From Phoronis australis (Eukaryota > Animalia > Phoronida): a stretch of 64,000 bases of DNA. The notes under the pieces are model-generated. The model saw nothing but the letters and a program-made list of their open reading frames with translations, was not told where the DNA came from and made no database searches. The stretch is taken from positions 1,307,793 to 1,371,792 of the forward strand of contig NMRA01000004.1 in NCBI GenBank assembly GCA_002633005.1, written 5' to 3'. Position numbers and translations under genes: made by a program. The stretch's first letter is position 1, and every line of letters begins with the position of its first letter. Shown here one piece after another: positions 49,201 through 58,300 of this stretch.

Positions 49201-49779
49201 GTGTTTGTATGTGTATGCGTATCCATAGTGACCTCCTCGCTGCCTTCGGAGACAAAATGTTGCAGCTTGTTGACCAGGACTCCATTTCTAACCTGTTGAC
49301 CAAGGGTCGAAGGTCAAAGGTGAACAAGACAAAGACCTTGGCCACCTGGGCCACAAAAGAAATTCGAAAGTTGAAAGTTGCTTCCTCGACAACCTCTTGG
49401 TAAGCCCGTGAGTGTGTAATTGTTGGGCAGAGTAATTTATAGATTATCTGGGTAGAATTTCGTTTATGGAAGAATCTCACTAATGAAAATAGTGTGATCC
49501 CGTATTTTCTTTGCATGTAGTACACAGTGATATTTCATTAAGGCCTCTACGAAAGCACTAAGTGATTGGTGCCATCTGATTGATTTGTTGAATACTGATA
49601 TCAATGCACATGTCAGAAAAATTACATTCAGTGATGAATGTGTTCTTGTTGAATAAAGGAGGTAAATGGTTTGACTGCTGTCTCAAATATTGTTTAAGAT
49701 TTTTATCATTCGGGAAAGTTTAGTGACACGTATTGTATCAAAATATTCGTGTTCAGCTGCCATTTTCTCTTGTTTCAGA
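22252..49779 (+). CDS. KPNB1: Importin subunit beta-1 (karyopherin beta-1), 21 coding exons, ~881 aa
   Basis: join(22252-22291,28085-28143,29876-30058,30489-30689,31450-31602,32695-32754,33770-33859,34658-34768,36103-36204,36610-36781,37855-38099,38901-39031,40600-40747,41782-42004,44047-44129,44882-44989,45287-45430,46489-46594,48585-48699,49229-49399,49779) gives 2646 nt in frame, all introns GT-AG. Hallmark peptides: [94 protein letters not shown]. Confidence 0.97.
22570..23259. mobile_element. Foldback MITE with ~290-bp inverted arms in KPNB1 intron 1
   Basis: Arm 22570-22858 (CACGGCGCTCGGATATAATGGACCCTAAC...) is the reverse complement of 22967-23259. Spacer ~108 bp. No clean TSD. Confidence 0.85.
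24763..26512. mobile_element. Non-autonomous TIR element (hAT-like CAG..CTG ends)
   Basis: 12-bp TIR CAGGGATATACC / GGTATATCCCTG with subterminal CTCGCC / GGCGAG repeats at both ends. TSD not clean. Confidence 0.6.
28085..28143 (+). CDS. KPNB1: KPNB1 exon 2 ([20 protein letters not shown])
   Basis: acag| ... |gtgag, phase-compatible with exon 1. Confidence 0.9.
28335..29558 (+). mobile_element. Helentron-associated non-autonomous element (HINE/DINE-1-like), family A
   Basis: 5' hairpin ACTCTGCGC-GTGCAA-GCGCAGAGT, (TATTCT)n microsatellite, internal ~425-bp tandem duplication, 3' subTIR CGCGCGGAGT, hairpin TGTCACG-C-CGTGACA and terminal CTAGT. Confidence 0.7.
29876..30058 (+). CDS. KPNB1: KPNB1 exon 3
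   Basis: [19 protein letters not shown]; tgcag| ... |gtgag. Confidence 0.93.
30489..30689 (+). CDS. KPNB1: KPNB1 exon 4
   Basis: [24 protein letters not shown] ... [11 protein letters not shown]. Confidence 0.93.
31450..31602 (+). CDS. KPNB1: KPNB1 exon 5
   Basis: [24 protein letters not shown] ... FTKANFDKE. Confidence 0.93.
31694..31900 (-). mobile_element. PIF/Harbinger-type MITE (GGGCTGTTCCAG family), short copy, TSD TCA
   Basis: TIR GGGCTGTTCCAGTAAAATC; TCA on both sides; a single n at 31750. Confidence 0.85.
32695..32754 (+). CDS. KPNB1: KPNB1 exon 6
   Basis: [20 protein letters not shown]. Confidence 0.92.
33128..33201 (+). repeat. ~22-bp tandem repeat, 3 copies
   Basis: Unit AGCAATGATTGGTCTTGAACAC. 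Confidence 0.8.
33770..33859 (+). CDS. KPNB1: KPNB1 exon 7
   Basis: [30 protein letters not shown]. Confidence 0.93.
34658..34768 (+). CDS. KPNB1: KPNB1 exon 8
   Basis: [37 protein letters not shown]. Confidence 0.92.
35630..35713 (+). repeat. Exact 42-bp tandem duplication
   Basis: ATGGCATTCCATAGTTAGCCAAATTTGGACCTAGGTTCCTAC, 2 copies. Confidence 0.9.
36103..36204 (+). CDS. KPNB1: KPNB1 exon 9
   Basis: [34 protein letters not shown]. Confidence 0.92.
36610..36781 (+). CDS. KPNB1: KPNB1 exon 10 (acidic loop)
   Basis: [37 protein letters not shown] ... [10 protein letters not shown]. Confidence 0.93.
37855..38099 (+). CDS. KPNB1: KPNB1 exon 11
   Basis: SVLEGPDP ... [16 protein letters not shown] ... 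[10 protein letters not shown]. Confidence 0.93.
38901..39031 (+). CDS. KPNB1: KPNB1 exon 12
   Basis: [13 protein letters not shown] ... LLQTTDR. Confidence 0.93.
39361..40182 (+). mobile_element. PIF/Harbinger-type MITE, full copy, TSD TGA
   Basis: ~30-bp TIR GGGCTGTTCCAG(T/C)AAAATC(C/T)GT(G/A)TGGGAGGGGG with a 3-bp TNA TSD. Confidence 0.92.
40600..40747 (+). CDS. KPNB1: KPNB1 exon 13
   Basis: [28 protein letters not shown]. Confidence 0.93.
41782..42004 (+). CDS. KPNB1: KPNB1 exon 14
   Basis: [22 protein letters not shown] ... [16 protein letters not shown]. Confidence 0.93.
42217..43021 (+). mobile_element. PIF/Harbinger-type MITE, TSD TAA, 15-bp deletion in right TIR
   Basis: Near-identical to 39361-40182; right end reads CCATACAG-CCC. 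Confidence 0.92.
43261..43509. mobile_element. MITE, GGG(A/T)CCCATTCCAAGAAA family, copy 1
   Basis: TIR ggtcccattccaagaaa / tttcttggaatgggtcc; paralog at 51496-51692. Confidence 0.7.
44047..44129 (+). CDS. KPNB1: KPNB1 exon 15
   Basis: [28 protein letters not shown]. Confidence 0.92.
44882..44989 (+). CDS. KPNB1: KPNB1 exon 16
   Basis: [18 protein letters not shown] ... LLIENLS. Confidence 0.93.
45287..45430 (+). CDS. KPNB1: KPNB1 exon 17
   Basis: [24 protein letters not shown] ... [10 protein letters not shown]. Confidence 0.93.
46489..46594 (+). CDS. KPNB1: KPNB1 exon 18
   Basis: [30 protein letters not shown]. Confidence 0.93.
47258..48357 (+). mobile_element. HINE/DINE-1-like element, family B, spanning the assembly gap
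   Basis: 5' ATGCGCCCACATA..TATGTGGACGCAT hairpin and (CGTC)n microsatellite; 3' GTGGGCGCAT, hairpin and CTTGT. Both ends match 58957-60235 in reverse. Confidence 0.7.
47406..48064. other. Assembly gap (N run)
   Basis: Run of n. Confidence 1.
48585..48699 (+). CDS. KPNB1: KPNB1 exon 19
   Basis: [38 protein letters not shown]. Confidence 0.92.
49229..49399 (+). CDS. KPNB1: KPNB1 exon 20 (ends TG|gtaag; reads on to TAA at 49403 if unspliced)
   Basis: [14 protein letters not shown] ... [31 protein letters not shown]. Confidence 0.92.
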
Positions 49780-52150
49780 ACTTCACCCCACGTTGCTCCA
49801 ATGACCTCCTGAATGGGTCGCGTACAGACGCCATGTCCGAGCTGTGTTTGAGAGAGAGAAAGAAAGAGAGAAGCGTGCTTGTATGACTGCATCATTTCAT
49901 CGACAGTGCCCCTGCAGTGGGTGGCAAGCTGGGTCCCCGACGCGTCCGTCTTCGCAGCGAGTTGGCGGGCGTGACTCATATCGTTGCTAGACCACTAGGA
50001 CTATGCTGCTGTTGCTGTAACAGCCCTCTCCTATTGTTACGGTGACATAATCGAAATTTCCAGCATGGTGCTATGTATTGTTGTTTGGCCTACTCTTTGC
50101 ATGCCAGAGTCTGTTTGTTTAAAGACCTGTCAGTATGCGAACAGTAGTGCCACGTTGTGTTTGCGTATGCAAGACTATCTGTGATAGGCCCTTCACTGTT
50201 GACTGCCGGCAGTAATATCCCAGGCCAGTTGTTTCAGTTGTACATAAGTTTATTCCTGTCTGGTTTGCGGTTGGCTTCCGTAATTCAAATCAATTAAATA
50301 TTTGCAGACTTCGCTAAACTTCCTAATTATTCAAGTGGCGCAGGCAGTAATTTCTCGTTTTTTCCAGCGGGTTTGCAGCTTCTTGTCTGCTTCGTTGGTG
50401 TCCACTTTTCCTTCTATAATGCCAGCATTGTTGCTAAGCGACTAATTAATGCTGACCGTTTGAAAGTGTGTCCATGGAGAAACTTGATGGTGCATGACAT
50501 TACTACAACACTGTGCCTCGGCTGCATTTGGTTATGGCATGGTGTGTTCCAATACTGTCGGCAGATCTTACTACGAAGGCCTCTTTTGTGTGCGTGAGTT
50601 GACTGCATGAACGTGAACGCTGTGCCGTCAAGATTGCGTGTGTCTAATTATTTTGTACTGGGCTAAAAAGTAGGCATTTCGCTTGCCCAGAAATCTCGAT
50701 AACAAAATCTGTACAGGAAGCAATAGACAACAATCATTTTTTTATTTTTTCTATATGTTGACTGTGCAGTGTGGTCTAAAACTAAATGGGTTTTTTAATT
50801 TACACGCTAAAAACATGTTTTTTACTAGTTATGCTATCAACCGCAAAAGCATTTATTCAGCTCGGGTGTGACTGCGAATATGGCGTGAATGTGATGTATG
50901 ACTGAGTGTCATGTGATAACGGCGTCGACTTGATTCTTTTGAAAAAAAACAGACTTTGTGTTTATAATACATCTAGTTCGAGAGACTGAATTTTAGACCA
51001 AAAAGTTTATCCTCTGCCATTGTAATCTAGGTGTAGTTCAGGTCTACAGACTTCCGTACGTTTACACAGATTTCCAGATCAGTTCTGAAGCCCTTAGTTT
51101 GCCAGTTCCTTCACAGTAGTGTGGCATCTACCACAATTGTACAGACTTAAATTTGACTACCGATTTCGTGCCAACGGATGCATCGTGTTCCAAATCCGGA
51201 TTTAACCGTAGTTGGCTAATTGTTCAAAAGTGATGAAGGAACTGATAGCAAACGCTCTCCATGTATTGTTACGTTGTTAGTAATGTATGTTCAGTTACAG
51301 GTCATTACAGATTTTGTTGAAAAAATTGATAACAATAAACATTTTTGTAAACTTTACACGGTTTTGTTTGCTCCCAGTAAAGCATTTTCCGTTGGTATAA
51401 TTATAATTGGTGCATGGAGTTTTAGTGTCAATATGAAAGTCTGCATGCCACTCTTTGTTGTTATGAGAACACAAGTCTTGCTTATTTCTAATTCTGGGAC
51501 CCATTCCAAGAAACTGACTCAAGTTCATTTTTGACTTAAGTCTGAAAATTAGTTTCAAGCTCCACACTTTGAAACTTGCACATCCAGTAAGTTAAAACCG
51601 CTTTCTGAAACGGACTTAATGGGACAAATTTAAGTTCTATCTTAAAATTGAAGCTATTTCTTGGCTAAGTAATTTTTCTTGGAAAGGGACCCCGGGTACA
51701 AGTTTACAGAGCCTTGATAATTTCTTTCATTCATGGACACAAAGATGTTGAACATTTTTGTGTGAATCCTAACTATAACACTGCAGTGGTAGTTTGACGG
51801 TATGATGGTGGCAAAAAGTTAATAAAAACGCTAGTAAACATCCCTTTGCACTGAATCCATACTATGCACAATACTGTCCACCAACTACACTATCGCCATC
51901 TAGTGACATGTATTTTGTCGTGCTAAATCGAAAAATGGCTACAGTTACTTTTGTGACTTGAAGGATCTGTTCAAAGCCTTGGTGCAATGTGAATACATTG
52001 GGAGTCTGATACAGTTTCAGCGGAGGGAGAAGTTAAGCATTTGATTGACTGATTTTATTGTTAGGGATTTGAAAAGTAGACTGACAGCTTACCCAATGTG
52101 GTGAATTACAATGCACGAGAAATAAAATATTAAAGTTGTTTAATGTTTGT
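49779..52150 (+). other. KPNB1: KPNB1 terminal exon (last base of TGA plus 3' UTR); end uncertain
   Basis: Strong acceptor ttttctcttgtttcag|A at 49778. Candidate AATAAA signals at 51334, 51821 and 52121. Confidence 0.55.
51496..51692. mobile_element. MITE, GGG(A/T)CCCATTCCAAGAAA family, copy 2
   Basis: gggacccattccaagaaa ... tttcttggaaagggaccc. Confidence 0.7.
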
Positions 52151-52314
52151 AATATTTACAATTGACAACTGTCATAAAGCGTTCTACGTTTAATAACGAT
52201 AAAATTCAAAGTGGGCAAAATTGCAGTGGATCAGTTTATCACTGTGCTGTATTTGATATTCAATAGAATGTAAACTTCCACCAGCCTTTATCGTCATTCT
52301 GTAGTCCGACTTCA

Positions 52315-52334
52315 CTAAAATTCCATTGTCTGAT
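52315..52334 (-). CDS. PRIM1: PRIM1 last coding exon (DQTMEF*)
   Basis: ttttacag|AT CAG ACA ATG GAA TTT TAG; resembles human DLQKDF*. Confidence 0.8.
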
Positions 52335-55300
52335 CTGTAAAATAGAGGTTTGAAACTGGGAATATCGACGTACAGTAAAGGACGAAAGTAATCCAGCAAA
52401 ATGGTTTCCCCTGTCGCGATGGCTAAATTGGTTAACAAAAATGACGAGTAATTCTAATGATATGGAATGGCTAAACCACCTTGCTTAATTATCCTTCATT
52501 TTGGGTCAGAAGGGAATGCCTTCTGTGCAGCCGTCACAACTGAGAATTCCAGGTCATTTTGGCGCGAACTGTACACGTTATGTATGCCATGCGGCCAAAA
52601 TAAATTGGAATAAATGGTTTTAGTCTTGTGCTATTTTAAAGATATGAATACCACAAAATATATCGTACTTAAATACAGGTTCAGATGTTGATTGATGGCT
52701 AGGCAAATTTTTCTTTTCCTATAATGCATTAAGTGGATTTACTAACTTAACCCTAGGTGGTCAAACAAAGGGGTGCTTGAGATTCCTCTATTGAAATTCT
52801 GAAGCAAAAATTTCATGCCTTCTACGCCATATATTCAATAATGCCAAATGAATTTGAACGAAATAGGGCCAACATTTTTTGAAAACTGCTGTAGCCACTG
52901 AAATAATCAAACATCAGTTGTGAAATATTTTGGCATGTAATAAGGTGGATGTCTAAAATTATGTTTTTTGAAACATACCTGGCTATAAATCATGCCCATG
53001 TGTTGAAATAACTTTCTTCACTGGCATATTTATGCTTCCAAAATGAGATTATTGCCTTCTCGTGTTAGCAGAGATATTCATTTTACAAGAATTCACCTCG
53101 ACAAATCCAACGGGACAGAATCTCGAACTTTTTGATTTTTGAGCTGAAACGTTCACGTGACCTGAAACTTATTGAGCCTTCTCAGAAACAATAACGAGCT
53201 GTCAGTCCTTGCTGAGCCAAGAGATCACTTCTGAACTGAGGAATGAAATTATTTTTTAATGGTTTAACAGTGGTCTTAATCGAAAGTTCTTTCTTTTTGT
53301 TAGACAGCACAGGCTGAAAACCACTTTAAAACTTACCACTCTGCTCGATCAGTTTTCCACTCCAAGATTTTGCCAGTTTGTTGAGAAACTGCTGGAAATA
53401 TTCCATGTATGGTCTGAGAGACGTCTGCATGTAGTCTGGAACAAAATTCCAATGTGATATTTTTTTTTAAAAAAATCCACTTTTAACAACCTCAGGCATA
53501 GCGACTACTCACTTTGAAACTTGCAAGACTTTCTTCCACAGTCCAGTTTCACAGATGACCTATGAAGACTTTATAAACAATAGCAGAGTGTGAAAATGAC
53601 CAGTCAGATTCATTACTTAGGATGAGAGTGCTGAATTTGGAGAGTGCACCATAAAAACATAGGTGTGGACAACTAATTGCAATGGTTGCATGAAAAATGC
53701 TATGCCCAGTCCCTTCGATACTGTTGTACCTGGGCGGTGTTCCATAGAAAAAGTTGCTAGATCACTTTGGCGAGCGAAAGGCAAACATTTCGCAAATAAG
53801 CTCTGGACCTCACTAATGTACACCAACAAAATGACCACCACTGAAATGATTGGTCAGTGAGGCTCAAATGTTAAATTATGCAGTAAGGGCTGTTCCAGCA
53901 AAATCTGTATGGGAGGGGGGAAGGCACTTTTATTTCGTACCCACCGCCCATACTTTTCATTTATTTCTCCAACCCATGACCCATAATTTTTTAATTATTT
54001 TTAATAGGTTAAAATATAAAATCCAACACTTGCAAACAAATTGCCTCCAGGAGGACCTGTTAAGAACTTAGATGATTGACAGACAAGAACTAGTTGTCTT
54101 GTTCAATATTGTCGAAAACTAAAGTAGCCTGTGAGCAATACTTTTGGCAGCCACCAGGTGTCTCTGTTCACCATGTGTCCATAATTTCAATGAACATTTT
54201 TTTCAATTATGAATCTCAAACTGTCTTCACGAACTCTTTTATACTTCTATGTCAAGTGAATATTGGAACTTGTTTATCTTACTCCTCATACTTTTTATTT
54301 AAAAATCATCAATTTTCTTATATGTGTTAACACCAGTTTAGTGTTGCATAACTTTTCAATTCAATAGGACTGCAGACAAACAGTTGGCTCAAATCAAGTT
54401 GCCCATGACTCGATTAATGGCTTAGTGAACATATTGCACTCTGTTCACTGGCAATATGGTCTTTTTTGTTTTGGGGTAAGTTAGGATATATGCCAATTCC
54501 ATTTTTCTGAGTTTGGACGGCTGAAGTAACCAACCTGTTAACATAAACAGGTCAAAAAATACCATCCATTTTAATGCATCACTTCTTACAGGAATGACCA
54601 CCCATAATTTGAGTTTTTCTGAAGACCACCAGCCATGAATTTTTATTTCTGCTGCCGTTCCCCCCCCTCCCACACGGATTTTACTGGAACAGCCCTAAGC
54701 TACTTCCGTCCCATAGGTTAAGGTTTTTCACTACAAGTGTATCGTGAGAGTATCATATCAGATATGACTCCTCAATGCACCAGCAAATCTGCTGTGATCT
54801 CAACAGGTGGGCATCTAGTATCTGACTTCCAGTCATTTCATTGAAGGCCTGTGCTCAGATTCAAGAAACAGTCCCACACTGGGACTCAACAAATTTCCCT
54901 AAGACTACTGCGTATTTGTTCCCTAAATCTTGTGCATGTTTTTTCCTTACTTTACTCATAGTTTTAATATTTTTTCTATAATTTTATCGTTATTTTGAGC
55001 TCTTCTTTGACCAATGATACTTCCAAATAATATAACTAAAACAGAGCCCTTAATTTAGTCAAAATAATTAGGGACTAAGTCCTTAAATAAGGGGCGTTGC
55101 ATGAACAGATCCCTACTTATTTTCAACAATATTGAGAATTCAACATAGAGTTAACTCTCGATTTGTATCAAAGCCAAAAATAGACTTTTTGTAGTAAGGA
55201 GACTTCCAACAGTATAAGAAAGGGCAATCAATGTTGTCAAAAGCCCACAAATACGCAGTAGACTTAGGGAACTTAGTTGAGTCCCTATTTGGGACTGTTT

Positions 55301-58300
55301 CATGCAACCGGGCACTGAACACTCCATTTATGAGCCTGGGCCTGTTTCTTGAAGAGTTCATTGATTTTTGTTTTCTGACCCATCGCCAAAAGTCAGATAT
55401 CTTCCTATGAATAGCCAAAAGGAGTTTTTCTTATCCTTTGTGTTTCTCAAAACGTTTTGTCTTCTGTCTGTTTGAGCAGACAATTATTTCTGTCTTTGAT
55501 GTCAAGTTGGATACAGACTTTCTGACTTTCTATCAGCCTCATTTTCCTGAAACAGACTACGCCATTCATAGACTGTTTTTAGCCAAAGGTTAAAACTGGA
55601 AAGCCAATAGATTCTTCGATAAACAGGCCCTCGGCAACTGCAAGGCTCCTCTGCTCTGAACCCAGGGCACATTTTACTATTGAAAATTATGGTACTCATT
55701 CCTTAGCAGAGTCAGTGCCATGAAAAACAAACCACCTACAGGGAGCTTCTAAAAATCACCCTTCCACAGAAGTCAGTCCCCATAAAATTATCTCTAAATC
55801 GCCCTTGAACTTCACTGTTTTTAACCTAGCAGACCTTTCTGTAGTGTGCTATTGCAAAAATAGACATGACTAGATTTCCAAGCCTACAAAAACCCACCAA
55901 AGTGGCACACCCAGAATATGCACCTACGGAAGTAACACTGGGGGCCCCAGACCTTCTTACCCCCAACTGAGGTAAAATCTACATGCAAGTGTCTACCTTT
56001 CCCTCGTTTCTTGTTCTCTTCATCCTCCGTTTTCTTAACGTGGTTCAGCTCTTCAATGATTTCACTGAATAAAAATAATCACACAACCATTAGCTGTCAA
56101 GGAACAACAGCGTCATCTATTGTCAGGCATCAAATATAACAAAGAAATGAATTGACAAATGATCATGCTTGTACACGTAAGTCTTCATCACATTTTCGAA
56201 CTAACCAGATGCCAAGTCACAAAGTGGCAATTGAAGTAGTCACTGACCAATCGGACAAAGGAGTGTGGTCATGTGATGTAAACCAATGTCTGTAATGACT
56301 AGCGGACATTTTCCCTAGACATTTTTCTGAAAATACAAATGTGAGCATCGGTGGTTAAAAGATGTCAATGTGCTGTTTGTTAATCAGTCAACAAATATCT
56401 TGACCATTTCATCAAGGGAGTAGAGTTTATTCCTCTTCTAAAATTGGCAAAACCCAAGAAATATCGGTGAAAATGACTCAGATGGAATTATTGAATGTGA
56501 AGATTGCCAATGAAAACTACCAGCTGTATGCATGCACAAAACTAAGCAGAGCATTTACCAAAAGATGTGATTTGTTCGCGAATTTCAACTAAAATGCAGA
56601 TATGTCCAACAATTTGTGTTCATAAGAATTGATATACACTTCACACAGCTGTTGGTTTAGTTCCATTGACCTTTGAACTCATTCTCATAGCAACCCTGTG
56701 AATGCATTTTTAAAGGAAAATCTATTCACAAGAATATTTTGTTTGGAGAAGAAGCATTGCTACATAGTTAATTCAAACAATTTTATCAGTGAAACTTTGC
56801 GTTATACTGGGCTGCGGTCTGCAGATGACAGAGCATCGTAATAAAGCAAAATCCCGAAAGACCTCGTAAAATCACAAAAGTGTTTTGCAAGACGTTCGAG
56901 ACCTTACTAGCATAACCAATGAAAGTAATGGCCACTGCACTGAAGTGATTGGTCGGTGAGGTTGGAATGTTGAATTATGGGATTGAATTCATGAATTATG
57001 GGATACACTTCACTGTTTCTGTACCAAAGGTGAAGATTTCTTGCTGCAAGTGCTTGGCTAATGTTTCAGGTGTACGTAACGCACCCCTTGTCCAAGCCGT
57101 AAGATTGTAAGGTGAGATTCAGATATTAGTCTCACCTTATCCTGGGAACTTTAAATGGGTCGAAGGAATCAAGTGTACTTGGATCAATAGGTACACAGAC
57201 ACGGCCTGAAATTTCAAATGCAAAAGTCACTATTTCTTCCAAAAACATAGGAAAGTCACTTACAAACAGCTTCAAATACAGTAAAGCATGTGCAAGCTTT
57301 GTTAGTATGAGCATGTATGTGTGTGCGTGTGTGTGTGTGTTTGACACAAAAAATGCTTCTGACTTAGGTCACTTACAGTTTTAAATCTTGCGCCAATCTG
57401 TTCTTTACATATCACAATTGATCATCAATTTATTATATAAATTCTTATAGACCATTAATATGAATTTTTACAAATGGTACGGCATGATACAATAGTTCAT
57501 AAGAATTCTGCTGATGGAACAAGTCTCGAGACAATGTTATCCCGTATAGAATGTCCTATTGCCTTTCATAGGCTCAGGTTAGTTTATTATGACCAGTACC
57601 TGTTTTAGGGTGGATACAGAATGGACTCTTCAGTAAATGGTTGACCCCTTTGCTGACGTTGACGTCCAGTCGTGGGTAAGTGTAGTTCAGCATAATCTCG
57701 TTCACAATCTGCCTTGACTGGGGACAGGTTTTCTGAATGAGAAAGGAACAAAAATGAAAGCGCTCGGAGGTGCGACACTTGGCGAAAATTAACAGAAAAA
57801 TTGATGGTAGAGTTGACGACGACGATGATTATAATGATGAATATGCCGATTATGAACAACACGATAACATTCATGTAACTAGGGACGATGTCAGAAACAG
57901 TAAGAAATAGGATACAGTCTTGTTCAATAGAAGCTAAATCAACATCAATGCAGCAAGAGTGCTCAACAAAGTAACAGCGCTATCCGAAGATCTCGAATAT
58001 ATAAAAAAAGTAGACTTCCTAGCGAAAAATGGAAAATATCTTTTGAAAGCCCGCTCAAAACTCTATCTAACATAGTAGACTTGCAAAATTACGTAAATTT
58101 TTCGAAAAAATTGAAATTTTGCATTTTTTTGAAACTTAAGTCAAATAAAACGGTGAGTCTGAGAAAAACGTTGTCACAGGTCATTTGAAAGGGTATATCT
58201 CAGAGAATCCACATGCAAAAATTCCCATCATTTTTTCTTCCCGTTTAAAATGGCACCCCAGCAAGACTGAAAATGGGTCAAAATGCGTCAAACCCACCAT

